DNA of 64,000 bases from assembly GCF_009914755.1 (NCBI RefSeq), contig NC_060933.1; one strand, given 5' to 3'. Position 1 is the first letter of the stretch; each line of letters opens with the position of its first letter. Position numbers and translations under genes: made by a program. The notes beneath the pieces were generated by a model. The model worked only from the letters and a program-made list of their open reading frames with translations. It was not told the origin of the DNA and searched no databases. Source of the DNA: the human T2T-CHM13v2.0 reference genome, Homo sapiens. This document shows, piece after piece, positions 45,901 through 59,881 of this stretch.

Positions 45901-46247
45901 ATGGAATACTACTCAGCCATAAAAAGAAACAAAATAATGGCATTTGCAGTAAGCTGGTTGGAATTGGAGACCATAATTCTAAGTGGAACTACTCAGAAAT
46001 GGAAACCAAACATTGTATGTTCTCATTTATAAGTGGGAGCTAAGCTATGAAAACACACAGGCATAAAAATGACACAATGGACTTTGGGGACTCGGGGAAT
46101 GTTTGGAAGGGACTGAAGGATAAAAGACTACACATTAGGTACAGTGTACACTGCCCAGGTGACAGGTGCACCAAAATCTCAGAAATCGCCACAAGAACTT
46201 ATCCATGTAATAAATAAATAAATAAGTAAAATAAACAAACATAACAA

Positions 46248-47211
46248 AAAAGCACTTGACAAAATTCAACACAATTTCATGATAAAAACACTCAACAAAC
46301 TAGGAAAAGAAGGAAACTATCTCAACATAATAAAACCGATATATATTAAAAAACAAAACACACAGCCAACCTAGTACTCAGTAGTGAAAGACTGAAAGCT
46401 TTTCTCCAAGATCAAGAGCAAAGTAAAGATTCTCTTTCTCCACTTCTATTTAACATAGTTGTGGAAGTTTTAGCCAGAGCAGTTAGGCATGAGAAATACA
46501 TAAAAATGATCCCACTTGGAAAGGAAGTAAAATTATTTTGTTTCCAGATGTAATCGTATACATTAAAAACTAAAGATTAATACAAATTGTTTGAATTAAT
46601 GAATTGACCAAAGTAGCAGGATATAAAGTTAGCACATAAAAATTGTCTTTATATACATTAACAATGGACATTCTGTAAAGGAAATTAAGAAAATAATTCC
46701 ATTTACAATAATATCAAAATGAAGAAAATACTTAGGAATTCACTTAACCAAGGAGATGAAAGACTTGTACAATGAAAACAACAAAAAATGCTGAAATGAA
46801 GACGACATAAGTAAATGGAAACACATCTTGAATTCATGGGTTGGAAGACTCAATCTTGTTAAGACATCATTACTACCCAAAGGGATTTACAGATTCAGTG
46901 GAATTCTTATTAAAATCCCAAGTACATTTTGTTTTGCAGAAATAGAAAAACCTATCCAAAAATTCATATGGAAAATCAAGGGATCTTGAATAGCCAAAAC
47001 AATCTTTAAAAAAATAGACCTACAGGACTCACATTTCCTGATTTCAGGGCCTGGTATAAAGCTACAGTATTCAAAACAGTGTGGTATTGGTGTAAAACAG
47101 ATAAATAAAACAATAGAATAGAATAGAGAGCCCAGAAATAAAGCTTTACCTATATGGTCAAATGATTTTTGATAAGGATATCATGTTCATTCAGTGAGGA
47201 AAGTATAATCT
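46248..47211 (+). mobile_element. L1MB-like ORF2 (RT region), continuation of 36493-40623
   Basis: AAAAGCACTTGACAAAATTCAAC...TTTGTTTCCAGATG (decayed FADD)...GAGAGCCCAGAAATAAA. Confidence 0.85.
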
Positions 47212-48833
47212 TTTTTTTAAATTATTATACTTTAAGTTCTAGGGTACATGTGCACAACGTGCGGGTTTGTTACATATGTATACATGTGCCATGTTGGTGT
47301 GCTGCACCCATTAACTCGTCATTTACGTTACGTATATCTCCTAATGCTATCCCTCCCCTCTTCCCCCACCCCACAACAGGCCCCAGTGTGTGATGTTACC
47401 CTTCCTGTGTCCATGTGTTCTCATTGTTCGATTCCCACCTATGAGTGAGAACATGTGGTGTTTTGTTTTCTGTCCTTGTGAGAGTTTGCTCAGAATGATG
47501 GTTTTCAGCTTCATCCATGTCCCTGCAAGGGACATGAACTCATCCTTTCTTATGGCTGCATAGTATTCCATGGTATATATGTGCCACATTTTCTTAATCC
47601 TGTCTATCATTGATGGACACTTGGGTTGGTTCCAAGTCTTTGCTATTGTGAATAGTGCCGCAATAAACATATGTATGCATGTGTCTTTATAGCAGCATGA
47701 TTTATAATCCTTTGGGTATATACCCAGTAATGAGATGGCTGGGTCAAATGGTATTTCTAGGTCTAGATCCTTGAGGAATCGCCACGCTGTCTTCCACAAT
47801 GGTTGAACCAGTTTATAGTCCCACCAACAGTGTAAAAGTGTTCCTATTTCTCCACATCCTCTCCAGCACCTGTTGTTTCCTGACTTTTTAATGATCGCCA
47901 TTCTAACTGGTGTGAGATGGTATCTCATTGTGGTTTTGATTTGCATTTCTCTGATGACCAGTGATGATGAGCATTTTTTCATGTGTCTGTGGCTGCATAA
48001 ATGTCTTATTTATTTTGAGAAGTGTCTGTTCATATTCTTTGCCCACTTTTTGATGGGGTTGCTTGTTTTTTTCTTGTAAATTTGTTTAAGTTCTTTGTAG
48101 ATTCTGGATATTAGCCCTTTGTCAGATGGGTAGATTGCAAAAATTTTCTCCCATTCTGTAGGTTGCCTGTTCACTCTGATGGTAGTTTCTTTTGCTGTGC
48201 AGAAGCTCTTTAGTTTAATTAGATCCCATTTGTCAATTTTGGCTTTTGTTGCCATTGTTTTTGTTGTTTTAGACATGAAGTCCTTGCCTATGCCTATGTC
48301 CTGAATGGTATTGCCTAGGTTTTCTTCTAGGGTTTTTATGGTTTTAGGTCTAACATTTAAGTCTTTAATCCATCTTGAATTAATTTTTGTATAAGGTGTA
48401 AGGAAGGGATCCAGTTTCAGCTTTCTACATATGGCTAGCCAGTTTTCCCAGCACCATTTATGAAATAGGGAATCCTTTCCCCATTTCTTGTTTTTGTCAG
48501 GTTTATCAAAGATCAGATGGTTGTAGATGTGTAGTATTATTTCTGAGGGCTCTCTTCTGTTCCATTGGTCTATATCTCTGTTTTGGTACCAGTACCATGC
48601 TGTTTTGGTTACTGTAGCCTTGTAGTATAGTTTGAAGTCAGGCAGCGTGATGCCTCCAGCTTTGTTCTTTTTGCTTAGGATTTTCTTGGCAATGCGGGCT
48701 CTTTTTGGGTTCCATGTGAACTTTAAAGTAGTTTTTTTCAAATTCTGTGAAAAAAGTCATTGATAGCTTCTTGGGGATGGCATTAAATCTATAAATTACC
48801 TTGGGCAGTATGGTCATTTTCACGATATTGATT
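47212..48833 (-). mobile_element. 5'-truncated L1PA5/6-like element
   Basis: ORFs 48010..48741 and 47347..47982 are the ORF2 C-terminus; perfect 17-bp TSD TGAGGAAAGTATAATCT (47195-47211, 48834-48850). Confidence 0.96.
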
Positions 48834-49666
48834 TGAGGAAAGTATAATCTGAATAGATCACGCAGTTCTATCCAGCATTTTTTCAAGTATCTCTTCACAT
48901 GTATCAGGCTCTTACAATAAGGGATATGTTGATGTAGGATCAATTTTGCTGCTGTTTCTGCATTTCTCTGCCAATCTAGATGTGACATGGCAAAATTTAT
49001 CTTCCAATAGTTTAATAACATCACAATGACTAAGAGATTATAAACACGCACTGGGATGAAATTTCCAAATCTTCAATTTACCTGGTGCTATCAAAATTTG
49101 AGCTAGTCCAAATTACTTTAAACTAATGTTCTGTTTGTTTCATTTTAGCCAAAAACAAGTTGATTTAATATTTGGAGAGAAAGAGATAAAGTTTATAAAC
49201 ATATAGATGTATATTGTATAAAGTTCCTGTTTTCAACTGTTCTATAAAACTCATAATCATTTTCTTGACTGAATTCCTGTTGTGCCAAATAATCATTAAC
49301 ATTTATCAGAAAGGCTGAGTTCAAACTTTAGGTATTGTTAAACACTAACTTTCCTAGCAAAATTTTATCCACAGTCAATATTTTCATTATCTTTATCAAC
49401 ATTATTCTTAACAACAAAACCCATAGTCTTAGTGAAGCTAGGCAATTCTTACCTTTACTGCAATACTACAAATATAATTGTGACTTCAATAATTCTGACT
49501 AACTAGTCGCTATTTATGGATATTAGATTCATGCTTAACAGTAAAATTAGTTCAGCTGGAGGCATAAATGGACTACATTTGCTCCTTTTGTCTGTCATGT
49601 TAATTACTACTGATCTCTATAGATTAGTCAAGCATTCAAACTGCCATGGCAATCAGACTAAACATA

Positions 49667-49668
<2 letters not shown>

Positions 49669-49707
<39 letters not shown>
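49669..49707. repeat. (AC)19 microsatellite
   Basis: Read directly. Confidence 0.97.
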
Positions 49708-49708
<1 letters not shown>

Positions 49709-49964
49709 TCCCATAGATTCAATGCAAGAATTGAATTTTTGTTTCCCAATATTACAACTTTATTGAATGATAATAGGTGCAAAAAACCCAAAATATCCAA
49801 TATTTAATACATTTGAATCTTTAAAATGCTGATTTTTAAGTTTATGCTGCATTATCCTGGAACACACATATAGTTATCTTTCTAGGCGAAGGTAACATTT
49901 TCTATTCCAATAACAAGCCTATTAATGAAGCCCAAGATGACTGTTTACACTATGAAGTGTTTGT

Positions 49965-50145
49965 CTGAGGAGCCAGTTCTGGAGTTTCTTCCATCCCCAT
50001 CCTGGTTCCTCCATTGTCTGTGTAACCCTGGGCAAATCTGTGTCATTCTTTTTGACTCAAGTTTTCCATATGTTAAATTGCAGTAATGATTGACATTTAT
50101 ATATTATTTTTTCTGAACAGGTGTCATGAGAATTAATGAGATTAT
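49965..50145 (+). mobile_element. MIR fragment
   Basis: CTGTGTAACCCTGGGCAAAT...CTCAAGTTTTCCAT...TCATGAGAATTAATGAGAT. Confidence 0.55.
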
Positions 50146-52574
50146 TAACCAGTAGACCTCCAGGCCATTGTCAGTGTCAGGATAGTATTATTGGCCTCTA
50201 GAGGAAAAGAGATGAGAGGGTTTGGGGGAAGAGAAAGAACCTTGATGAAATGGGAAAGACATTGAAAATAGAGCTAGGTAGTGATATTACCCTTTTAAAA
50301 ATTGGATAAAGTAAGTGAAAAAGGCAAAAAGAAGTCCTTCCATTTCCCCTTATTCTAATACAGTCCAGCCTTCTCTAACGCTACACTACTTCAAAAAACT
50401 AGGTTATCTGTTTCCTCTGTTCTCCCATTATAATCAGAAATGCCCACTTTCTTTCATCATTAATCACAGTAGATTACTAATGTGACTTACTTGTCCAAAA
50501 CATTGCAATTTAAAAAAAAAAGGTGCTGTATCTTATTTTTCTGTCTACAGAATAGAGCATTGGGTCAGGCACTTACTTTTGCTAAAAGACGACAATATGG
50601 ACATGAATGAGGGAGATTTTTATGACTGAAAGGTGCCATATTGTTTGGAAAGGAGAAGTAGCTTCCTGTTCTGTAATGAATATGCCTTGAACAACATTTT
50701 TTGGCACTCGGAAATGAATGTCAGGAAAGGCCTTAATCTAATATTCATTCATTCATTTTTTTTAATTGCCCAATTGCCAAGCTTTGTTTTCTATGATGAC
50801 CGAGAAGCAGGAAGAACTTCCTATTAAACTGAAATTGATGTTCAAAGTAAAGGTACTCAGCACTAAATCTGAATTAGTAATCAACTAATTAGATCAGTCC
50901 ATATGCTTGATGATGATGTTTCAGTTAACATTTTCTTTAATCAGCTAATGATACAATCCACTAAGTTTATCTTTTTCTCTTTAAAATTTTTCTTAAATCT
51001 GAAGTCATATAAGCATCTTTTAGTGAAATACAGACCTAAAAATGGAGATAGCTTTTTAAAATTTTTAGATCTAAGCCTAATTTTTATTTTATTAAGAAAA
51101 TCAACCTAACTTCTTCACTCACTTTTCTCTCATCTGCAGTTAGACTACAAGCAGTTAAAAACCACTTTGTTTCCCAAAGACCCAAATTCTAAAGCAAATG
51201 CCATTTCTAAATAATCACAAATAGTGCCATATACTGCATATTTCATTGTAATGTGTCTCTATCACCCCATGGCACAGGCAACTCCAAAAATGCCTGAAGA
51301 AAAAGATACCACAGGTCTTAATGGCTATATATAGTTTGCCTGCTCATACAGTTTATAGAAGTGGAAGGCTCACAGGTTTGCCTAATTCATCTCTCAGAGC
51401 ATAGATGAAGATTCTAAGAAACAGCTGTGCAAAGATGCACAGGCTGTTAGTTGGAGTTGCAATGCCAGAGCCCTGCCGTCCAATCCAGGTCATTTCCCAC
51501 TGTGTCCTGCTCCTTGCCTGAGATCAACATTATATTACTCACATTTACCTCCCTGGAGTAACCTGATTTGTCCAGCTTTCTCTCGTTGTCACTCCTGTGT
51601 GTCACTCTATTTAATTAAAGAGGCTTTTGTGAACTACTTCAACTCTTATAAAGACTGAGTTAAGTCAAGTGTTGGAGATTAAATAAATTTGAAAAACAAA
51701 GAAGAAATGAAAAAAAGTGATTTAAGAAACATCTGTCTTTGTAATTATACTATCATAAAAAATGTCCATAATGTTAAGAACCAGGGTATGTGTTTTATTT
51801 AAATGACAAAAGGGTTCTTCTAATCTATAGCAACATTGAACTATAAGTATAGCATGTATTTAAGAAAACAAGAAACATAGCATTTGCAGTAAAAAGAGAA
51901 CTCACCTTAGTTTTTCCGAGGAAAAAAGTTATATTTTATTAAGCTTTAATTTCCCTTTCATAATTCCCAGGCCTTTTCTATCAATTTTTAAAAAGTAGAA
52001 GCATTGCACTGCAGATATATATTAAGTTTGCAAAAATATATGTACTCATTTTACAAAGTAAAGTGCTTTAAATATGAGTGGTTCTGCATAAAAGTTTGTC
52101 CTATGTCAGTAGATACTTAAAATACAGTTTTTCATGGAAATAATATTATACATCGTACTTAATTTTACAGGCCAGTTTATGAAAGGCTGGCTTTTCCATG
52201 ACAGAATTTACAAAAGCAGAAACACTTCTCTTAGATGGCAGCAATGAGAAAAAAGTCCTCTCCCCCGCCCAGCAATAGCAACTGGCTACATTACAGCTCC
52301 CAGAGATGTTGAGGTACAAAGAATTATTCATAAAACAGAAGTTCATTGTTTGTGGTCTGTTCATTCAAGAAATAAATGATATACTAATCTCCTTCATACT
52401 GTGGAACAATTATTATGAGGTGGGCGTACGAATACATATTCACAGACATACCATAGAAAATGAAATGCAAAACAATGCCTGACCACACGGCCCACCTCAC
52501 AACACAGAAGAAAAAGAAACTAAATTCATGAGCATTTCCTATATAACAGGAACTATCACATAACAAACAATTTA

Positions 52575-52730
52575 AACTTCATCCCAATCCTATCAGGAAG
52601 GTATTGTTATGTCTAATCAACAAGGGAGAAAGCTGAATACAATAAGACAATGGTTTTGTCCCCAGTCTCTCAGCTGATAGGCAGAAGAACTCTAATTCAA
52701 ACTCTGCCTGACTCCCAGACCCAAGATTGG
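52575..52730 (-). mobile_element. MIR fragment
   Basis: GGAGAAAGCTGA...CAGCTGATAGGCAGAAG...ATTCAAACTCTGCCTGACTCCCAGA. Confidence 0.55.
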
Positions 52731-54024
52731 TTCTTCACCAGCCCTGTGGTGATGATATCAAAGACTGTCATCAACCTCTAGAAGGAAGCTAAAAAGTTCA
52801 AGGATACATTTTCAAAAGCTAAAATGAAGCACTATAAAAACTTTTCCTAGTATAGATCTAAGTGTCCCAAGTAACACGAAAAGGAAGAAACCAACTGTGA
52901 ATGATAATTACATTAATTCCTCAGAGGGCAAAAAAAAAAAAAAGAATTTTAAAAACCACATAATTAAAGACATCAGTATAACTATCTGGCCTAAGTTCCA
53001 GATCTAACCACCAGAGTGGAGCTAAAACCAATTTATCCATTCTCCAATGCAGAGGCTGCCAGCCAATAGTGTCTCAAAGGAAAGGGACAAATATTCCATT
53101 GATGCATAAATAGAGTAGTTTTCAGATAGTGGCAGTGATGTGGATTCTTAAAAATAAAATACACCTAGAATAATTTACGTTTCTCTTTTTGACAAGTGAT
53201 GGTTATTTTGTAACTTTAGTTTTAGTTTGCTTATACTAAAAGAAATTTCAAGGGTCCAAAAGACTATTCAGTACTTGACAATACGCCACGTGACGGCTGC
53301 ATTTTTGTACCAGCACACCTGTTTTCTATCACTGTGGTGCCTATATTGTTTAAGTGTTTATAAATTCAGAGAATACATGTACATCTGTAAAACCATCACT
53401 TCCTTTAAATCCTAAATTATAGTATGCATCAAATTATCATCTTAATACAACAATTTCAGGTCCAGAAAAAAATACACATTTATTTGAGCAATTGCTTCTT
53501 ACCCCTTATTGTAACTGCATTCCAAACTTATTGATGTTCTTATTATTTAGGTGTTTTATTCAGTGTCAAAAACTATTCTTTAGGCCCTATTTTTTAACTT
53601 TAAGAAAAGAAAAGGAAGGTGAACTTACTAATAAAACCCCAAATATCTTAGTAAACCCATAAAAGAAAAATAAGAGGAAATATTTACTTTTTTCCTAAAA
53701 AGATGTGATTTCACACATTAGAACATTTTGAAAAACGTTAATTAAAATGAAAGGTTTTATATGTACCCAGATATTTTACTAATGTGCCTACTTAGGAACT
53801 AAGAGGGAGAAAGTAAAAATTATTTAGGAATGAATTGAACTATGGAAAAAATAAAATCATTTAGAATTATTTCTGGGGTTTACATATTATTTTATTTCAT
53901 TCACTGCATACATTTGGAAACTATGACATATTAAAGTAAGAATAGAACAATCTCCCCTGAAAAATCACTTTTTCAAAATACTGCATTTTAAGTCCATTCT
54001 ATACATTTTATAAGTGTTCATGAA

Positions 54025-54260
54025 TGTAATGAAAATATTCATGCTTTGAAATCAGACAGCCCTGGATTTTAATCCTGGCTCTACGCTTTACTGGTTGGGA
54101 GATGCTGGTCAATTTATACTGTACATTCACACATTTGTTTACCCATCTATAAATGAAGACAACAATAGCATCTATTCTATAGGGTGTTGTGAGGATTAAG
54201 TGAATTAATGCGTATAGTAAACACACTGTCACATAATAAGCACCAAATAAACATTAATTC
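54025..54260 (+). mobile_element. MIR, near full length
   Basis: AATCAGACAGCCCTGGATTTTAATCCTGGCTCT...CATCTATAAATG...GTTGTGAGGATTAAGTGA. Confidence 0.8.
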
Positions 54261-54635
54261 TCTCTATATATACAGTGTTCCAAATTTATCTTTTATTTTT
54301 GTGTACTAGTAGCTAAGTCATATTGACATTAACTATACTAATCTCATAAATATTACAATATCATCCTATGATATTTGGGTTGAAAGAAACCGTAGACATT
54401 ATTTTCCAAAATCCCTATAGATAAGGAACCATAGGAAATTCCTAGCTCAACCCTTGTCAGACTTTATATTCTCTAAGGTACTAATAAAATATTTGAGTGA
54501 GACAAAGAAGCAGGCCAAATGAGATGAGAATCTTTACAAATGTGGATCCTGAAAGGCTAAAACATCACTAGGTTCTAGCTAACTTAATTTCCTACACATG
54601 AGTCTTTGTATGACTGAAAAATGTAAATTTCTGTT

Positions 54636-55238
54636 CTGTGTTAGTGTTACAAATTACCACAAATTTAACAACTTAACACACATTTAACATCTCCTAGTAC
54701 CTGTAGGTTTTAAGTATAGGCATGGCACGACCAGACTGTCTGCTCAGACTCTCACCAGACTGAAATAGGTGTCAGCTAGGGCTGTGATCTCATCTGGGGC
54801 TTAGGGTCCTCTTTCAAGATCACTATTGAATTCATGTTAGAACTCAGTTCCTCACAGTTTAGATTTAGGTCCTCATTTCCTTGCAAGCTGTCAGCTCGGT
54901 ACCACTCTCAGCAACTAGACACTGGCAGCAGGTTTTTGCCATATGGGCCCCATAGACAGTTCACTACATGGATTTTTGTTTTCATCCATGTGAGGGTTAA
55001 TGTGTCTCTTTGCCTCTCTTCTGCAAACAACCCAGAGAAAATGCTCTGATTTTAAAGGGCTCATCAGATAAGATCAGGCCCACCCAGCATGATCTTCCTC
55101 TAGCCATATAACATCATGTTCTCAAGGGAGCAACATATCAACCTATTAACAGACCACCCCCACTTATGAGGATTATACAGGGCATGTACCCCAGGGAATG
55201 GAAGTCCTGGAGGTTGTTGTAGGACCCTCTCTAGTACA
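54636..55238 (-). mobile_element. MLT1E-like solo LTR
   Basis: ACAAATTACCACAAATTTA...GGTGTCAGCTAGGGCTG...TTTAAAGGGCTCAT...AGGCCCACCCAG...ATTATACAGGGCATGTAC. Confidence 0.8.
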
Positions 55239-58200
55239 TTCTTGTAACAAAAAGAATGCTAAAGAGGAAAAGAAAAAAAAAACAAAGGTTCTTGCCAGCA
55301 CTGATATATCTTGGTTGGATAGTTTTACTATCAGCACATAGAAGTTGCAAGTCTCTGAATCTCAAGCCACCAGCCATAAGAAACTCATTCACTTCCTTAA
55401 CTTCACAAAATAAGTGCCTGTACATATTTAAAGATCGTTTGTTTGAAAGGGTGTTAAATTACTAGGCTACTCTGTACACTCATATTTGTCTGTCAAGTAC
55501 TCTGTCATTATTATATTTTCTCATTTTAAAGGATATATACTGAGTTAATGATAGTTTTTGGCATTGGGATAATGAAGAGATACTTCTTTAATTATATTTG
55601 ACTATATGGTGAATTCTCATTTCATAAATATGAAAAGGTAAATAAGAAGTAATCAACTTTTAGGACCTTAGATATATTTTGTTTTTATTAGAGATGAGGC
55701 TCAAAATGATAGAGATGTTAAGGGACTTTCTCAAGACCACAGCCTAACACTGGGAGGAGAGTGAAGAGCTGATAGCAGCTCAAGCCACGGGTGCATAGAG
55801 TTCACTCCAGGCAGCCTCGATGTCAGATCTCAAGTGCACTGCTAATTCCAGGCTTCACATGCAGCTAGGAGTTAGGGTTTTAGTGAGCACCTTCCCAAAG
55901 TTAGGACTGGGGTAGGAACTGCATGGAATTGCTCTGCAATGGAAAGGCGTTATTGGACTGCAGTTGAGGGTGGCCAGGAAATGGAGCACTGGCAAGCAGT
56001 TAGTCAAGTAAATGCTTCACTTGGAAATCACTGATTTAGAGTCTTTTATAAATAACTCTCTACAATTGGCAAATTCTTTGTTCTTTTTGTTTTCTTCTGG
56101 AAGCCAGTAAAGCAGATGATCCCCCTTCTCGACCAGAACATCCCCAACTCTTCTTACCCCAGGGAATAGTTAATGAAATAATTATTTGAGATTATTTGAA
56201 TGATTGATATTTGGAAGAAATGATCTGCAGATATTGGCTCCCTGGAAACAGAGGAGAAAAATTGAGAGGAAATCATACTGCTTTCTCAAATCAAGAACTT
56301 TGTGAGTGGGCCTACTGTGTGCAGGCTATAATCCTTGGATGTGTTTCTATGCCAGAGGGATAGAGTAGAGGGCAATTCTAAGAAGATGGGCCCACCCTAT
56401 AAAGGTGGCAAAATAAACTTATCTAAATAGCAATGTTGGCTTTATTAGACCAATCTATTCACCACCTTCTTGGGGAAATTTAGAAGTTTAGAAGGCTTTA
56501 CTCATACATTTATAACATGTTATGGCAAGTTGAAATTTGAGGATAACAGGAGACTGATAATTTAGGGAAAAGGATGTAGGAATACATGTTTGATAGGGGC
56601 GGAAGTATGAGGATTCAGCAGTATTTGTAGAAAACACCAATCTGAGGTTAGTGGGAAAATGGAATTGCTTGGTAAAGATATGGTGCATATCCTGATATGG
56701 TGCATGCCGGTAAAGGATAGAGAGAGGCACCTAGTCTGAAGAGAAATCACTGATTTCTGGAACTTTTTGGCCAATGTTATAATCATTCACATTTTTTATG
56801 AACAATTATTAAAAATTGGAGTCTAAGTATTTCTTTGTTAAGATATCTTTTATTAGATTATCAAAGGTCTTATAGTAGCCCCTGTCCTGATACCTGCTGC
56901 TGGTTTGATATCTGACTGACTTGGAATAAATATAAAACAATGTTCTCTCATCCTATCTGAGAATGAATAATACGGAATTTTAGATACGGATTATGTTTTA
57001 TGAATATAAAAACTTTAGAAAAATGAATCAGTTCCAAAGAATCCCACTTAACTTCTATTTGCCTACAAGGAGCTCTGCATAGCAAGATAGAGCTGCACCT
57101 AAAATAGATATGGCCATTTGAAAGAAGATGTGAAATACCTTCATGTTCTGAGAATGACAGAGGCTTAAAAGGATCTTCATGTCTCAGCAGAGAGGGTGAG
57201 CTGCCCAAATTGAGTTAAAGAAAGGCAGATGATACATGTTAGATGGATTAAATTCACAACACCCAATAAATTACATCTTAAGGAGAAGAGTGAGGGTCAA
57301 TGAGCTCTCTAAGAATATTCCAAGCACAGATTTTCATACACATATTCTTACCATAGATCCATCTAAAGTAGAAACTGCTCCACTGTTTGTTAGTAATTCA
57401 TGTCTATGAAATGTGGAAAGCAGCCTTTGGAGTCACCATTTTACTTTGCAGTGACTGCATGAATCACTCTTCACTGCTGACTTGCTTTAGTGCATATTTA
57501 AATTTATATTGTTAATTTTTTAATACTGCTCCTTGGGGAGCAGAGCTACCCTATAAGCAGTGTGCCCAGAGTATCCTAATTACTGACTGATTGCTATGCA
57601 TTATTTTGTATCTTCTTAGATTGTCCAAAAATTGATTCTAGTCTAACATTCTTGAATTTAAGATAGCACACAGTCTGCTATATAGATTGGTTAGAAAACC
57701 CAAATTTAGTGAATGGACTGAGTTGGAAATCTGTCCAACAAATAGATAAGAATGTCCAGTCTTTTTTCTTGCAGCCCTGTCTACTTCACCCATTCAAAAT
57801 TTCCTTTGTTTCTCTGAATAGGCATGTTTATGTGGCTTCCTGGACCTAGCTTGAGAAAAAAAAAAAAAAAAAGACAAAAACTACTGCAATAACAGAAAGA
57901 CAGAATTGATCTGGTCATATTTCCCTGTACCTAAAACGTATATGTAAAAAGGGACTGATTATTTTATAGATTTTAAAAAATGTAGGTTACAATTCAAAAG
58001 GAACAAACAGCACATGTAGGCAAAGCCTATGTGAATGTCAGGACTTTCTCCTTCAAATAAAAAAAATAATTGCACCTTATCTTTACCTATCACATTATCT
58101 GAACACATTTCTATATTTTAAATTAGTTTCCAAACATATTTGATTTGTGCCAATTGACTTTTTCAATTAAACCTTATAATTTTACTTCCTTGTGAAGCGC

Positions 58201-58784
58201 TCAAAATCTGCAAAGTTCACATCAGAAACCAGTGTCTTTGTCAATGTTAACAATAATATTAGTATGAAACATCTTTCAGATACTCTCATTTCTTTCCTGA
58301 ATGTAATATAAAGCCTGTCATCAACTCAGCCTCTAAGTAAACATAGCAATGTGTGGTCTCAACATGGGAGCCATTCATCGCATTGAAGACAGTGTCAATA
58401 ATTGCTTAAATATTCAAAACTGGCTCTGCATCCTAACAGTCAGCAGTAGCACATTTACTCAGCAATGATTCTTTTATGTAATATAAAGGTTTTAAAAAAC
58501 CTGCTGTTCTCATCTATTCATATGTATTATATCTCTTTTAAAACTCACATGCATGCTCACAGAAGCACATCCAAGTTTAAATTATATTGTTACTTTATAA
58601 CAGTTTCAGATGCAGCAAGGCAATATTATCTCTAAATAGACAATGAGTATTATGTACAAAAGAGGCAATGCTCCAACCTGTATCTTCTTTTTAAGGCACC
58701 CTAGACTAGGAGCCACTCCAAGCCTTGCTAAGACAAGATAAGCTGCCTCCAAGAGCAGAAACTCACTTGGCATTATTGTTGCTG

Positions 58785-58822
58785 TTAATAGCAAAACTGC
58801 GATTACTTTTGCACCAACCTAA
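58785..58822. mobile_element. Half MADE1 (Hsmar1 mariner MITE), one TIR
   Basis: TTAATAGCAAAACTGCGATTACTTTTGCACCAACCTAA followed by TA. Confidence 0.85.
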
Positions 58823-59529
58823 TATTTGTGATTCTCCCTTAGCACACACTCACCTGGATTAAATCTCTTCCCTTCCTGACTTCTAGTGATGCTTTTTTCT
58901 GAGCTGTGTTTTTCCCCAATATGGTGATGGTCATTTATCATTTACCATTTACCAAACCAGATACCTGTCTCTCAGATACATGTGCCCAAATTCCCACTTT
59001 TTATAGATCCTGCCACTTGACTTAACTCTAAAGGTGGTGGAGTGAAGATGCGGTCATGCTGAGCTGTACTGATCCAGAATAGCCCATGACTATACTCTGG
59101 AATAGCCCAGCCAGAAATGGTGGGACTGTCTAGAGCCCAAGAGCTTTTTCCTACCAACAGTCTTTAGATTTAACATTCAGTGCATCACAGTGGGGGCTGG
59201 GCACGCTAGATAAGGCAGGTCACTGCGTCTCCTAACCCCCACTCTACCCTTATGCCCTTGCACCCAACTGGATATGCCAACGCCAATATCTTAGAATTAA
59301 AGCAGAATCTGGGAGCCAACCCTAATGGAGAATATATATAGTCCTCCATGGTGCCCTTTTACATGAGTCTCTGAAGCTACGTAAAACTCCAGTCCTGCTT
59401 GTGCGTCATTAGCAGCCCCACGGCTTCCCTAACTACTCTCTGTACTGACCCCATCTTGTGGGTTGACCTGCATGTCTCAGACCCAAGACACACTTCTAAC
59501 ATTGTTCCTTTATCTTTCGTATTGTTTTC

Positions 59530-59530
<1 letters not shown>

Positions 59531-59566
<36 letters not shown>

Positions 59567-59881
59567 TATTTATTTATTTTTTTTTGGAGACAGAGTTTCA
59601 TTCTTGTTGCCCAGGCTGGAGTACAATGGCGTGATCTCGGTTCACCGCAACCTCTGCCTCCCGGGTTCAAGAGATTCTCTTGCCTCAGCCTCCTGAGTAG
59701 CTGGGATTACAAAATATTATAAAATATTAGCCACCATGTTTAGCTAATATTTTGTATTTTTAGTAGAGACAGGATTTCTCCATGTTGGTCAGGCTGGTCT
59801 CGAACTCCCGACTTCAAGTAATCCATCTGCTTCGGCCTCCCAAAGTGCTGGGATTACAGGCATGAGCCACTGCGCCTGGCC
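59531..59881 (-). mobile_element. AluSp-like with (TTA)n tail
   Basis: TTGTTGCCC, CAATGGC, CACCGCAACC, TTTCTCCATGTTGGTCAGG; degenerate TSD TATT(G/C)TTTTCT. Confidence 0.93.

Noticed and set aside
48850-48867. Weak inverted similarity to 35196-35211 as a TSD of the inverted L1MB
   Set aside because: A TSD should be a direct repeat, and the gapped match is within chance.
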